Of a stretch of DNA of 64,000 nt, positions 25,010-36,879 are shown piece after piece; position 1 is the first letter of the stretch; every line of letters starts with the position of its first letter. A program made the position numbers and the translations under genes. The notes beneath the pieces are model-generated. The model was given only the letters and a program-made list of their open reading frames with translations. It was not told the DNA's origin and searched no databases. This DNA is from Chiloscyllium plagiosum (Eukaryota): assembly GCF_004010195.1 (NCBI RefSeq), contig NC_057719.1:20366362-20430361 (forward strand). The letters run 5' to 3'.

Positions 25010-26125
25010 ATAAAGTCACAGCACGGAAACAGACCCTTCGGTCCAATTAGTTCATGCCAAGCATGTTCCCAATCTCAGCTAGTCCCAACTGCCTGTGTTT
25101 GGCCCATATCCCTCCAAACCTTTTCTATTCATGTACTTGTCAAAATATCTTTTAAATGTTGTAACTGTGCCTGCATCCATCACTTCCTCTGGCATTTCAT
25201 TCCACAGATGAGCCACACACTGTTTAAAAAGTTGCCCCATTGTCCTTTTTTAAACTTTTCTCCCCTCATCTTAAAAATATGCCCCCTGATTTTGAACTCC
25301 CCTACCCCAGGTAAAAGGCCATTGCTATTCACCTTATGCATGCCCCTCATGATTTTATAAAATTCCATAAGATCACCCCTCAACCTCCTATGCAGTGAAA
25401 GAAATCCAAGCATATTTGTTTAAACCCTCCATTCTTGAGAACATCTTGTTTTTTTTTCTGAACCTTCTCCAATTTAATAATATTTTTCCTATAACTGGGC
25501 AACCAGAGCTGTACACAGTACTCCAGAAGTGGCCTCACCAATGTCCTGTACAACCTCAGCATGATGTCCTAACTCCTATACTCAATGGTCTGAGTAATGA
25601 GGGCAAGTGTGCCAAATACCTTCTTAACCTCACTATCTGCCTGTGACACAAATTTCAAAGAATTATGTATTTAAACCCTGAGGTCTCTCTGTTCTACAAC
25701 ACCACCATGGGCCCTATCTTTAATTGTATAAGTCCTGTCCTTGTTTGTTTTATCTTGCATTTATCCAAACTAAACTCCACCTGCCACATCTCAGCCCATT
25801 CTTCCAATTGATTAAGACTCTTTGTAATCTTAGATAACCTTCTTCATTGTTCACTATACCACCAATTTTAGTGTAATCCACAAACTTACTAACCATGCTT
25901 CCTAAATTGTTTAAAAAACTGACAAACAGAAGTGAAGCCAGTACTAATCCCCATGGAACATCACTAGTCACAGGCCTCCAGTCCAAAAAATAACCCTTTA
26001 CCACCCTCTGTCTGCTGTCAAGCCAATTTTGTATCCAATAAACAAACCAACCCTGAATCCCATGCACTCTAACTTCAGTAATTAGTCTACCATGCGGAAT
26101 CTTGTCGAAGACTTTACTAGCCCAT
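25010..26125 (-). mobile_element. HER1/CR1 RT to 3' end
   Basis: HGIQG...WIQNWL...SKFVDYTKIGG and LYRTLVRPLLEYCVQLW. Confidence 0.9.
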
Positions 26126-26267
26126 ATCTAACTTAAAAAGTTACTCTGTTTCCCCTTGCCACAGATGCTGCCAGAGCTGCTGAGCTTCTCTAGTTTCTGT
26201 TTTTATTTCAGATTTCCAGCATCCACAATACTTTCCTTTATCGTTTAGTTCAGATTACTCCATAATA

Positions 26268-27247
26268 CAAAGGAACCTCGATTATCTGAATATAAATTAT
26301 CTGAATTTTCGATTATCCAAAGGAGATCTCAAGGTCCCGATAGAAACATTACATCAAAGAAGTGTTTCCAAGACTGATCGCGTCTTTTGTTTACAATGAT
26401 TAAAAATGAACACGGCTTACTGAAATGTTGCTGAGAATGGTCCTGGACATTGATGAGAGCCCAAGCACAGTCTCCAAATGTCTGACCGCCTGCCCTCTCT
26501 GTCTCTCCCCACACTTTCCCTGGAGTTCTACACAGGGGTGTACCCTAAAACCCCCTTGCCCAGATAATCTCTCCAACATTGTCCTGTACAGGGCAAAGGT
26601 GGAGCTTGTCAAAACGTTGCAGTGAAAAGTTTTGTGTGTGTGTGTGCGCTACTTTGCGACTCACCACCCAAAGGCCGCTCCAGTCTTGCTGTTGGTTTCC
26701 AGTCTGGCTGCCCCAGAGGTGGGGTGAAGGTCAGCGGGCGGGGGCGCTCGGGAAGGTGGGGCAGATGGGTTGGACGATGGTGGGGCTGGACGGGGGGATG
26801 GGGGTGGGGTGGGGCTGATGATTGGCTGATTTGGGGGGGTTGTACGGGTGGCGGGCTTGGGGGCTTGGTTAGGGGACAGGGTTGGACGGGGTTGGGGTGC
26901 AGATGGGGTGGCGGGGGCCCGCACACAGTGTTTTTCTGCCTAGTCTCCTGAACCGGGAGTGGACATCGCAAGTGCTCACTGTGTCAATCCCATTGAACTG
27001 ATGGGCGGTTGGGGGTGGTGGGGTTAGGCCTCAGCAATGCTGCAGGTCCCTTACACACAAGTGTGTGTCAGTTCAAAAACAAACCCTGAGACAGAGCGAG
27101 GGAACAAGGCCGGCAGAGTGAGGAAAAAGGAAACTTCAGAAAACTCCGAGCCCCAGAGGCAAGGCATTGAGTCAATTAACCGAATAAATCAATTGTCCGA
27201 ATGAAATACTCCCCGCCCATCTCGTTCAGATAATCGAGGTTCCTCTG
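26268..27247. mobile_element. Non-autonomous Tc1/mariner (Tigger/pogo-like) DNA transposon
   Basis: 23-bp TIRs CA(A/G)AGGAACCTCGATTATCTGAA with one mismatch, TA TSD on both sides, no transposase ORF. Confidence 0.92.
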
Positions 27248-27350
27248 TATTCCACTCGATGAGTCTAATTTAGACATGGGGGTGAAACACATTGAAACAT
27301 GATTCCCTGCTCAAGTTGTAGAATTAATTAATTTCTCCTCTTGTTTTCAG

Positions 27351-27805
27351 ATAAGAGGAAGTGGAACACATAGAAAGTCCTGACTTTAATCTGGAGTGTG
27401 ATATTGATTCTGCTCCCTTGAGAGGAACTTTACTGCATTTATTTGATTTGTAACCAAGGTGATTTACCTCACAAGACAGAATTTAAACCATTTATAAAGT
27501 TTGGAGAATCCCCTACAGGAAGGAGTGTCAGAGGGGGAACCTTGGTTTGGATCATCCATTTAAGTCGACTATTTTATTGACTGTGCGAAGTTCGAAACAT
27601 CTATCAATAGCCACCATACTATAACAAAAGCCAGCACGACATTGAATTTTTCTGAGAAATGATCATTAAAGAATGCTTCAGGCAAGAAACTTACTTTTCC
27701 TACAGGAAATAAATGTTTTGTTTGGGAAGAATTTGATACTAGATTTACAGAAAGGGTTATAAACATTGATCAGTTGTCTTAACATCAGCAATAGGAATAT
27801 AAAAG
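27351..27805 (+). other. Candidate non-coding exon
   Basis: Strong acceptor tttctcctcttgttttcag| and donor aag|gtaagg in a repeat-free island; stops in all frames. Confidence 0.35.
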
Positions 27806-28048
27806 GTAAGGAAGCAATATTTTTCTCAAAAAAAGCTGGCTAGAAAATTCACTGGCATGAATATCTTATGTGATGCCAAATTTATGATCAACGTGTTTTG
27901 TTCTTTAAGTTTGATAAATGTGCAATATATTTTAATAAGGGATGGAGGTGCTTTGATTATTATAAAGTAAATTATCTTTAGCCTTTCTCTGAAGTATTGA
28001 TTTCACAATGTTGCTTGAGAGCTGCTTAGAACATGATTTACAAGTGAG

Positions 28049-28107
28049 GCATGTGCGCGCACACGTGTACATGCGCGCGCGCACACACACACACATATAC
28101 ACACACA
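28049..28107. repeat. Alternating purine-pyrimidine (CG/CA/TG) microsatellite
   Basis: 59 nt of uninterrupted RY alternation. Confidence 0.9.
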
Positions 28108-28760
28108 GACTTTTTCTTTATTCTTTACACAAATATAATGGATAGGTAAATTTGAAATCCTAGTTGATACATTGTATTGCTTGGGAGATCATTTATCCCA
28201 ATTTATTGAGGCAATTCACAAATATAAATATTTGGGCAAGACATTTCTTCCATTTCACTGTGCAGGAAGCATAGTGTCTTTTTATAAGCAAGTGGAATAT
28301 CCATATACCACTTTAAGTTTAATAATCTTTTAATGGCTTTGGGAAGCCTAACAGATTGGAATTTGTAAGTTATGGAGTCACAGAGTCATACAACACATAA
28401 ACAGACAAGTTGCAAAAGGAATATGAACAAAACTGTCTCATTCACTCAAGATAGTTTTTCTAGAGAAAGCATTTAGGATGCTGGTTGTATTTAGGATAAT
28501 GGGGAACATCTCATGTGTCACATTCTATGGCAAGTATAAAACAATTAATCCTGTCAATGTCCACAGACTGTTGAAGCAAATTGTCTCAGCATTACCATCT
28601 CTAATTAAAAATAGCTTGGGCTTGCAATGAACCAAGGAGTATTGAAAGTGAGTTCTTGGTGATCTTAACAAAGGTCAGTTATCCATGTACTTGAACATAA
28701 ATGGAGCTACAGTTTGAGGAAAACATACATTTCATGATAACTGAATTTCACGTGCAAGGC

Positions 28761-28893
28761 GAAAATGAGGACTGCGGATGCTGGAGATCAGAGTCTAGAT
28801 TAGAGTCAGGAAAAGGGCTTTTCCCGAAATGTTGATTTTCCTGCTCCTCAGATGCTGCCTGACCTTCTGTGCTTTTCCAGCACCACTCTAGTC
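28761..28893. mobile_element. Fold-back PLE mini-insertion
   Basis: Short antisense arm joined to a sense arm that starts in the hammerhead remnant. Confidence 0.75.
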
Positions 28894-29293
28894 TGGCCAA
28901 CTCTAAATATGTAACTTGTAAGAAGACAGTGAGTGTGCACCAAACACTTCAGTTCAAACATACCCAGCTATGCTTCCCTCTGAACACCTTCTCCATTGCA
29001 AATTGAGATTGGAATGGAGCTCCTGAAACAATTCCCAAACTAAATAATTTGCTTGCCGCAGTAAAGCAAAATCTATCAACAAGACTTGTGGCAGAAGAAT
29101 TGGATGGAACCAATTTATTTGCCTTGAAAAAAAAACCCAGCAGCACCAGGTGTTAATAAACCAGAATTATAGAAGCAACAGCAATTAAACAGACTGCTAA
29201 AAAGGGAACTTCAAAATTCCAGAACATACCAGTGTTGCAATTGGCTGAGCAGATTTAAAGGAGCAGGTGAGAAAATGACGTATTCAGTTTGGA

Positions 29294-29435
29294 GGTAAAA
29301 ACAATGACTGCAGATGCTGGAAACCAGATAATATTCTTGATTTATTCCTGATGAAGGGCTTTTGCCCGATACGTCGATTTCGCTGCTCCTTGGATGCTGC
29401 CTGAACTGCTGTGCTCTTCCAGCACCACTAATCCA
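29294..29435. mobile_element. Fold-back PLE mini-insertion
   Basis: 14-bp TSD gtattcagtttgga at 29280-29293 and 29436-29449; hammerhead with GAAA mutated to GATA. Confidence 0.85.
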
Positions 29436-31657
29436 GTATTCAGTTTGGAACCAATTTATAAAGTACAATGCAATTAAGAGTTTTAGTAAAATTCATGATC
29501 TCATGTTGAAGTCTTCAAAATGATGATTGCATTTTCTATCTCTGAATATGGCTCCCTGAGTTAGTTGTATTAGTGTACGCAATTAGTCAGAACTGCAAAT
29601 TCCTATTCACCTATAAATAGCCACAGATTGAAACTGCTGTTGCTGGGTTTGGAGATCGATATTTATCATGTACATGCCTGTAAATAAATGCTTACAAAGA
29701 GTGTGAGGATTACCTCTGGATCGGGGTCTGGGTGGGTTACTATTCGGAGAACTTGTTGGGCCGAAGGGCCTGTTCCCACACACTGTAGGAATTCTAATTA
29801 TGTAGGAACTCTAACTCTAATTCTATCCTTAACCATCAACCTTTCAGGATTATTGCACCTTGAAATTCATGGCCCTACTAGTTGAACCCAATGATGTGCA
29901 TTTGAATTATGCAAAGGTGTTTTCTCATGACCTGATGTTGAGAAAGGATTTGAAAAATGTCAATTGTTAGCTCTCGAAAAGCTTAGAAATCTTTCTCTGC
30001 TTTCCACGATTGCCCATTTGACCTTTAAAAATCAAAGAACAATCTGACAAAACACCATAAACATTGCGTTTCCGTAAAGAGATCTTGGTGTAAATTCTTT
30101 TGATATGTAGGCAAAACAATTTTAGAGCCTTCCATCTGCCATTGATGCTGTCACTGACACACTCTCTGTACTTACCACATGGAAGATAATGCCATACCTT
30201 GTCTTGAATTGAGCTGGATTCCCATCGCTGCAGATTACATCCTTGCTGCCCAGTTTTTTTTTGTCTTCCTACAGGAATGGAACAGAAATGAGAATGTTCT
30301 CTACTTGGGCTGCTTTCAACTAAGTTAGCTGAACTTCTCCAGCATCAGGATTTGAATTGAAATTACAGAATAACAGGCTTTCCAATCCATTACACGCTGG
30401 CATTTCGCCTCCTGAAAGAGAAATGTCCACCACCTCACTGCCACCTGCTCCAGACCCACCAATGTAGGCGTCAACACACTTTCGGCATCATCTTTTTGCT
30501 GCCGGACACCACCTCACTGATGCCACAATCCCATACTCACCCCACAACCATCAGCTCTGCTGAAGTCACCGTCTCACCGATAACCAGAAGTCCCCATTCC
30601 GGGCCTACTTTGACTGCAACCAGGAGTCCCTGGCTCCACTGCTATCTTGATGATGCCAGAATTCCCTGCTCTGGATCCACTGGAACCAGGGGTCCCTGGC
30701 TCCACTGCCAGGCCAGACCACTGCTGCACCAAGAGTCCCGCTTCGGCTGAAAGATAGCTGTTCTCATCTTCTTCCTTGCTGCAGAGAATGTCTGCCTGTC
30801 AAATAGTTAAATGATATTTACCTTGTTTTTTAAAATAGTTGACAAACTAGATGATGAAATTTCCCACACCTTTGCGATGTACACTTTTCACATCATGCTA
30901 GAGTTTTCCAAATGCTGTAGCAACCTCACTTTCTCTCCAATAAACAGCATGTTTATTTTTCTCCTAGGGTTAACAATATTTGCAGGGTTTGTGAATGTTT
31001 TCACAAGGTGATCACAATGTCAAGTCGTGTCTTATCTGGCCTCCAACATTTTGGGGCTGTTGTGTGGCATAACCTCTACCCTGAGTTGTCACTGTGGTCA
31101 CATGATGAGCTTACAAAAGTTCAGTTCACCTACAGTTACTAGTTACAGAATTTTAGTTTATTGTGAGCAATAATCCATTGGATTTGTTTTCCTGCTGATG
31201 GGAATGGCTGACAATTTTCACACGAGCTTGTCTTCATTGCTCAGAGCATTGATGTCACTTTGTGGCTGTGCAGAACATTGGTGCGGCCACGTTTGGAGTA
31301 CTGCGTAGAGTCCTGGTCACCCTGTTATAGGAAAGACATTATTAAATTGGAGAGGGTTCAGGAAAGATTTACCAAGATGCAAGCAGGACTGGAGGGTTTG
31401 AGTTATGAGGAAAGGCTAGATTGGCTGGGAATTTTTCACTGGAGCATAGGAGGTTGAGGCGTAACCTACAGAGATTTATAAAATCATAAGGACCATAGAT
31501 AATGCGAATAGCAAAGATTTTTTTCCCTCGGGTGTGTGATTTCAAAACTAGGAGGAATATTTTTAAGGTGAGAGGAGAAAGATTTAAAAGTCACCAGAGA
31601 GGCAACTTTTTCACACGGAGGTGTTCCGTGTGTAGAATGAACACTCAGAGGAAATAG

Positions 31658-31847
31658 ATGGAAATGTGTTGCTGGAAAAGCGCAGCAGGTCAGGCAGCAT
31701 CTAGGGAACAGGAGAATCGACGTTTCGGGCATTAGCCATGCCCGAAACGTCGATTCTCCTGTTCCCTAGATGCTGCCTGACCTGCTGCGCTTTTCCAGCA
31801 ACACATTTCCATCTCTGATCTCCAGCATCTGCAGACCTCACTTTCTC
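31658..31847. mobile_element. Perfect-hairpin PLE mini-insertion
   Basis: 77-bp perfect inverted repeat (31656-31732, 31738-31814); 16-bp TSD cactcagaggaaatag at 31642-31657 and 31848-31863. Confidence 0.95.
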
Positions 31848-31878
31848 CACTCAGAGGAAATAGCACAGTTACAACATT

Positions 31879-32848
31879 TGTGAAGATACGATGGCTTTAA
31901 GAGGTGTATTTTGTCCTGTTTTTTAATGACTTTTTCAATAGTTGCTGGGGTCTTTGAGGCTGGATTATGGAAACTCTAATTCCTTTCACTGATACAGCAA
32001 AAAAGCAGGGGTTCTCTTCCTGCTGCTAGAATTGCATGTGAGACAATCTAGTTTGCCTTGTGTTTATGGGATGTTAGTATACTGGAACAGTTAATTATTA
32101 TTAATTATGGAGTCATAGAGGTGTATAGCACAGAAACAGACCTTTGGTTCATCCTAAATTAATCTAGTCCTATATGCCAGCATTTGGGCATATCCCTTCA
32201 ACCCTTCCTATTCATATACCCATCCAGATGCCTTTAAAATGTCATAATTGTACTAGCCTCCACCACTTCCTCTGGCAGCTCATTCTGTGCACACACAACC
32301 TTCTGCATGAAAAAATAACTTCTTAGGTCCCCTTTAATCTTTCCCCTCTCACCTTAAACCCCCTAGTTTTGAACTCTCCTACCCTGGGAAAAAAAGACTT
32401 TGGCTATTCACCCTATCCATGCCCCTCATGATTTTATAAACCTCTATAAGGTCACCCCTCAGCCTCTGATGCTCCAGGGAAATTAGCCCCAGTCTATTTA
32501 GCCTCTCCCTATAGCTCAAACCCTCCAACCCTGGCAACATCCTTGTAAATCTTTTCTGAACCCTTTCAAGTTTAACACCATTGTTCCTATAGCAGGAAGA
32601 CTAGAATTAAACACAGTATTCCTTGTAAAGCATTTCAATAGATTTACAGTTAAGCCAATGCTTTTGTTTTTATTTTGTCTGCATTTGAAGTGTAGTGTCA
32701 AGATAAAGTCTGTTTTCTTAAAGTCGAGAAGTTTGATCAACCAAATTGCATATTGAACACAATGCCCTACACTGACTTTTAGCATCAGTAACGTTATGAT
32801 CTCAGTTGTCTTAATATATTTTGAGGGTGTTTGGTCTAGTCCATATCA
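31879..32848 (+). mobile_element. Solo LTR interrupted by an antisense HER1
   Basis: TGTGAAG...CCATATCA; TSD catt/aatt; excision restores the host acaacatttaaaagac. Confidence 0.75.
32105..32620 (-). mobile_element. HER1/CR1 3' end
   Basis: Reverse complement of the 4630-5023-type sequence. Confidence 0.88.
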
Positions 32849-33160
32849 AATTTAAAAGACATTGGGACAAGTATATGAATTCGAGGGATATGGGCCAAAC
32901 ACAGGTAAGTGGGACTAATTTAGTTTGGGAAACTTGATTGGCATGGATGAGTTGGACTGTGCTGTATGACTCTGACTTTACGACCAGCGTTCAGTGTCAT
33001 CCAGATGGTACTCTTCCTGATCTCACTGTGTATTTGAATTAATCATATATTTCCTCAGATTTGCTGCAGGTCAATTTAGATTGCTTTTAGTTTATTGTGT
33101 ATTAAATAATTTACTCCAGTTCCCAAGTTCTGACATTGCATGAGTTGAAACATCCTTAAA

Positions 33161-33442
33161 GGAGAAAGTGAGGACTGCAGATGCTGGAGATCAGAGCTGA
33201 AAATGTGTTGCTGGAAAAGCGCAGCAGATCAGGCAGTATCCAAGGAACAGGAGAATCAACGTTTCGGGCATAAGCCCTTCTTCAGGAATGAGGAAAGTGT
33301 GTCCAGCAGGCTAAGATAAAAGGTAGGGAGGAGGGACTTGGGGGAGAGGTGTTGGAAGGAGATGACCTGGGGTGTGCAGTGAGAGAGGGACTCACTGAAA
33401 TCCTTGTAGAGGGAGGCTTGCAAGGATGCCTTCCTTGAAGAA
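33161..33442 (-). mobile_element. Penelope-like terminal repeat with intact hammerhead core
   Basis: Reverse complement CATTC CTGAAGA AGGGCTTATGCCC GAAAC GTT GATT at about 33255-33290. Confidence 0.88.
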
Positions 33443-33445
33443 TAC

Positions 33446-33790
33446 TACACAATCCTTTATCTGAAACGTTTGGGAACAGTTGGTTTTCAGAATACTGAAT
33501 TTTTCAAATTTCAGAATAAGTGACAGTTTGACAGTTAACTTTTAAAAAAACTTAGTGAACAGCACCTCAGTGTGAGTACTACGTGCTCTGAGACAGAATT
33601 GAGGCCTGCCAGTGCTAGGCCATGCCTATCCATGTCACATCTGAGTGACATTCATCGAGTGGGTGTGGAGTTGAGTTAACTGTTTGAAGCCAAGCAACCT
33701 TGTTATGGAGAAAAGAAATCTTCACAAGAAAACCTTCGGATTTCAGAGTTTTTTGGATTTCGGGATTTCGGATAAAGGGTTGTCTGCCTG
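33446..33790. mobile_element. Tigger/pogo-like MITE with left TIR clipped by the PLE
   Basis: Left acaatcctttatctgaaa versus right tttcggataaagggttgtctgcctg|TA. Confidence 0.75.
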
Positions 33791-34131
33791 TATTTATAAA
33801 ACGTATGAAACATGTTACGTATTCATTACACTGTAACTTTATGAAATGGCTCAGAATGCTCCAAGAACCAACTAACATACTTTTTTTTAGTTGTTTATAA
33901 GGAAAGATGAGGAAATTGGCATTTGATCTTTTGAGGATCATTAAGATCACCAATTACTCTTATTCACCTCGATCTCATGAGCATGTCAACGACTGTACCT
34001 CAGTAGCCTTAATCTAATTTATCAAGAATATATCTTGAGTGCAAATCCAGGAAACCTGTACTATCCTACATCATTGGCTCTTACTCTGACATATTCAAAT
34101 GTATTTTGCAAACAAGCAGATTAAAGATGAC

Positions 34132-34335
34132 AGTCGAGAGTGCGTTGCTGGGAAAGCACAGCAGGCCAGGCAGCATCCGAGGAGCAGGAGAATCGATGTT
34201 TCGGGATTCCTTATGAAGGGCTTATACCTGAAATGTCAATTCTCCTGCTCCTTGGATGCTACCTGACCTGCTGTGCTTTCCCAGAGACGCACTCTCGACT
34301 CCGATCTCCAGTATCTGCAGTCCTTACTTTCTCCC
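34132..34335. mobile_element. Fold-back PLE mini-insertion
   Basis: Inverted arms meeting at tttcgg|gattccttatgaaggg (hammerhead). Confidence 0.85.
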
Positions 34336-34761
34336 AAATGCATGGTAGATTGATAAGAAGCATGTCAGATTGTAATGATAGTAAGTTAAAGTTGAACAAG
34401 GGCCATGATGAATTTCACATGATATTCCTTACCAGAATTTGTTCTGGGCTGTTAATATACTAAATTGTGAGGAAAGTTACCCTTTTCAATTTTGCCTTTA
34501 CAAAGGCTACAGGCACATACAGAACAACTGCAGATTTGAAATCTGTTCAGATCACTCTTTCCAAAAGGTCTGACATCACCAGCCAAATATCAAATGAATG
34601 CAGACTTTGTTAAGTATTGCAATTGTTCTGTTTCACTTCTTCCCCAAGAATCTCATTCTCCAAATTTTGCACATTTGAAAAGGTGTCGTTTAAAAAGGAT
34701 TTCCAGTTATTTTACAAGAACAAGGGCATGTGGAGAAGTAAACAACAGCAAACACTGAGCA

Positions 34762-35082
34762 GGCAGGGTGGCTCAGTGGTTAGCACTGCTGCCTCACATG
34801 CCAGGAGCCCACATTTGATTCCAGCCTCGGGTGACTGTCTGTGTGGAGTTTACACATTCTCTCTGTGTCTGTGTGGCCTTCCTCCTACAGTCCAGAAATA
34901 AGCAGGTGAGGTGAATTGGCCATGCTAAATTGCCCATAGTATTCAGGGATGTGTCGGTTAGGTGCATTAGTCTGGGGTAACTGAACAGTAGTAGGGGAAT
35001 GAGTCTGGGTGGGTTACTCTCTGAGGGTCGGTGTGGATTGTTGGGCCTAATGACCTGTTTCCACACTATAGGGATTCTATTC
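34762..35082 (+). mobile_element. HE1-like V-SINE
   Basis: tRNA head ggtggctcagtggttagcactgctgcctca, V-domain ctgtgtggagtttacacattct, tail cctgtttccacacta. Confidence 0.9.
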
Positions 35083-35231
35083 TGAACTGCAAATGATAGA
35101 AATTAAAATATAAAATGATGGAAGCACTCAGCTGATGATGTATCACCTTAGAGGGAGAAACACAGTTAATGTTTCAGTATGTTGACCTTTTATAAGAAAT
35201 ATGTCTAACTAGCTGAGATTTTGCAATAATG

Positions 35232-35553
35232 CTCAGTGGGGAAGACAGTATTAATATCGCTGGGCAAGTAATCCAGGTTCCAATAACATGTGGCTCAAAT
35301 CCCAATGTGGTGAAATATCAATTTCATAGAAATCTAGAATAAAGTGATATCCTAATGGTGTTCATGTAACCATTGTAGATTGTTGCAGATACCCATGCAG
35401 TTCATTAATGTCCTTTCAAGAAGGAGACTGATCTTATCTGGTCCGACCTACGCATGAGTTCAGACCCACAGCAATGTGGTTGATATTTAACTGCTTTCTG
35501 GATAATTAGGGATGGGTAATAAATGGCAACAGTGCCCACATCTTATGAATAAT
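35232..35553 (+). mobile_element. SINE family B
   Basis: cagacccacagcaatgtggttga...aattagggatgggtaataaatg...gcccacatcttatgaat. Confidence 0.7.
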
Positions 35554-35707
35554 GAGAATTTAATATTTTCCTCCTGAATCTCCTTTGCAAATTTTTGACT
35601 TGTTGCCTCATTCTGGTATGAAAACTTTCATAGTAGATTGTCCACTGTGCCGGATTTAACTCAATATTAATTTGCATCAAGAGCAATTTAACAAAAAAAG
35701 AACAAGA

Positions 35708-35930
35708 GCTTACATTTGCATCATATATTTTATAGATTAAGAAGTGCAAGTAGCTTTTGAAGTGTAGTTATTGTTGCACTCAAAGCAATGAGACAATGGC
35801 CAGGTAATCTGCTTTCCTTCAATACTGTTGGCTGAGGAATAGTTTTGGCCAGGGCATCAGAATCAATTCTCCTACTCTCCTTCAAAAAGTGGCATGGCAT
35901 CATTTTTATTGCTGAAAAGACAGACATGTT
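35708..35930 (-). mobile_element. DeuSINE (SacSINE1-like) remnant
   Basis: Reverse complement matches the Deu-domain-like blocks at 48600-48790. Confidence 0.55.
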
Positions 35931-36879
35931 GCCAAGCAAATGATTGACATGGGGCAAGGCATAAACTCCTATAACCAAATTGCATAAGTGTGTGCTCAAA
36001 GAGAAAGCAGCAACAGTCTTCGTTTGATAATACCAGTTAAGAAATAGAAGGGCTTGCCATTATCAATCCATTGACCCTGGTAACCATCATCTACTTTGCT
36101 TGACCCATTCATTCATGCTGCAGTAATATAAACCATTCTAATCTGTCATGTTGTGCATTATATTTAAACAAAAACCCAAATTGCTGAAGAAACTCAACAA
36201 GTCTGGCAGCATCTGTGGAGAGACAGCAGAGTTAATGTTTCGAGTCCAGAGATCTTTGAAGTATCTTGTATATTTGTCTATACATGCTGGAATTAGGATT
36301 TCTTTCTTATAGAGTAGGTATAATTATATATCTCTGCACTGGCCATGTCAGTGTTAATGACATACTCACTCGTAAAAAAGACACTTATGAGATGCTGAGG
36401 TAGGCAGATTGTTTTTACCAAGTAAGGGCAGGCAGGAAAGTCAAGTTAAGACCAAAACCATTTCAACGTTTTATTGAATGTAAGTCAGGCTCAAGGGTCC
36501 AAAATGGCCTATCCCTGCTATTAATTCTTTATGTTCTTATATTTGTCTCTCAGACTCTTTACAACTTCTTCCTTCCTAACTTTATTGCTGTAAATACAAG
36601 TTACGACACAGTGGCTAATCTCAGGGAATAAAATTTGACACTTAATATTTATTTGATTGAGACTGTAAGACATTGATATTATTTCGTGAAAAATTGGAAG
36701 CAATTTGCACCACCTAACTCACTCTGTTACCAACCCATACACTGCTGCAGTTTTTTTGTCATTGCTCTAGTATACTTCTGTCATGTCTTGACTCATCTTG
36801 TGTTGAGGCTAGTTCCTTGTTCAAGGAATGTAGCCTTAATTCAACATTTTGAATTACAATGTTTTACTTCATACATTAT

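Larger units (their letters stand above)
31225..32980 (+). mobile_element. HER1/CR1 3' part hosting a PLE hairpin and a solo LTR
   Basis: LVRPRLEYCVESWSPCYRKDIIKLERVQERFT; the host resumes at taaaagacattgg after 32852. Confidence 0.88.

Noticed and set aside
26579..26971. Gly/Trp- and Pro-rich ORFs
   Set aside because: Low-complexity G tract inside a MITE.
34762..34830. tRNA gene
   Set aside because: It is a SINE head continuing into the V-domain; no full cloverleaf.
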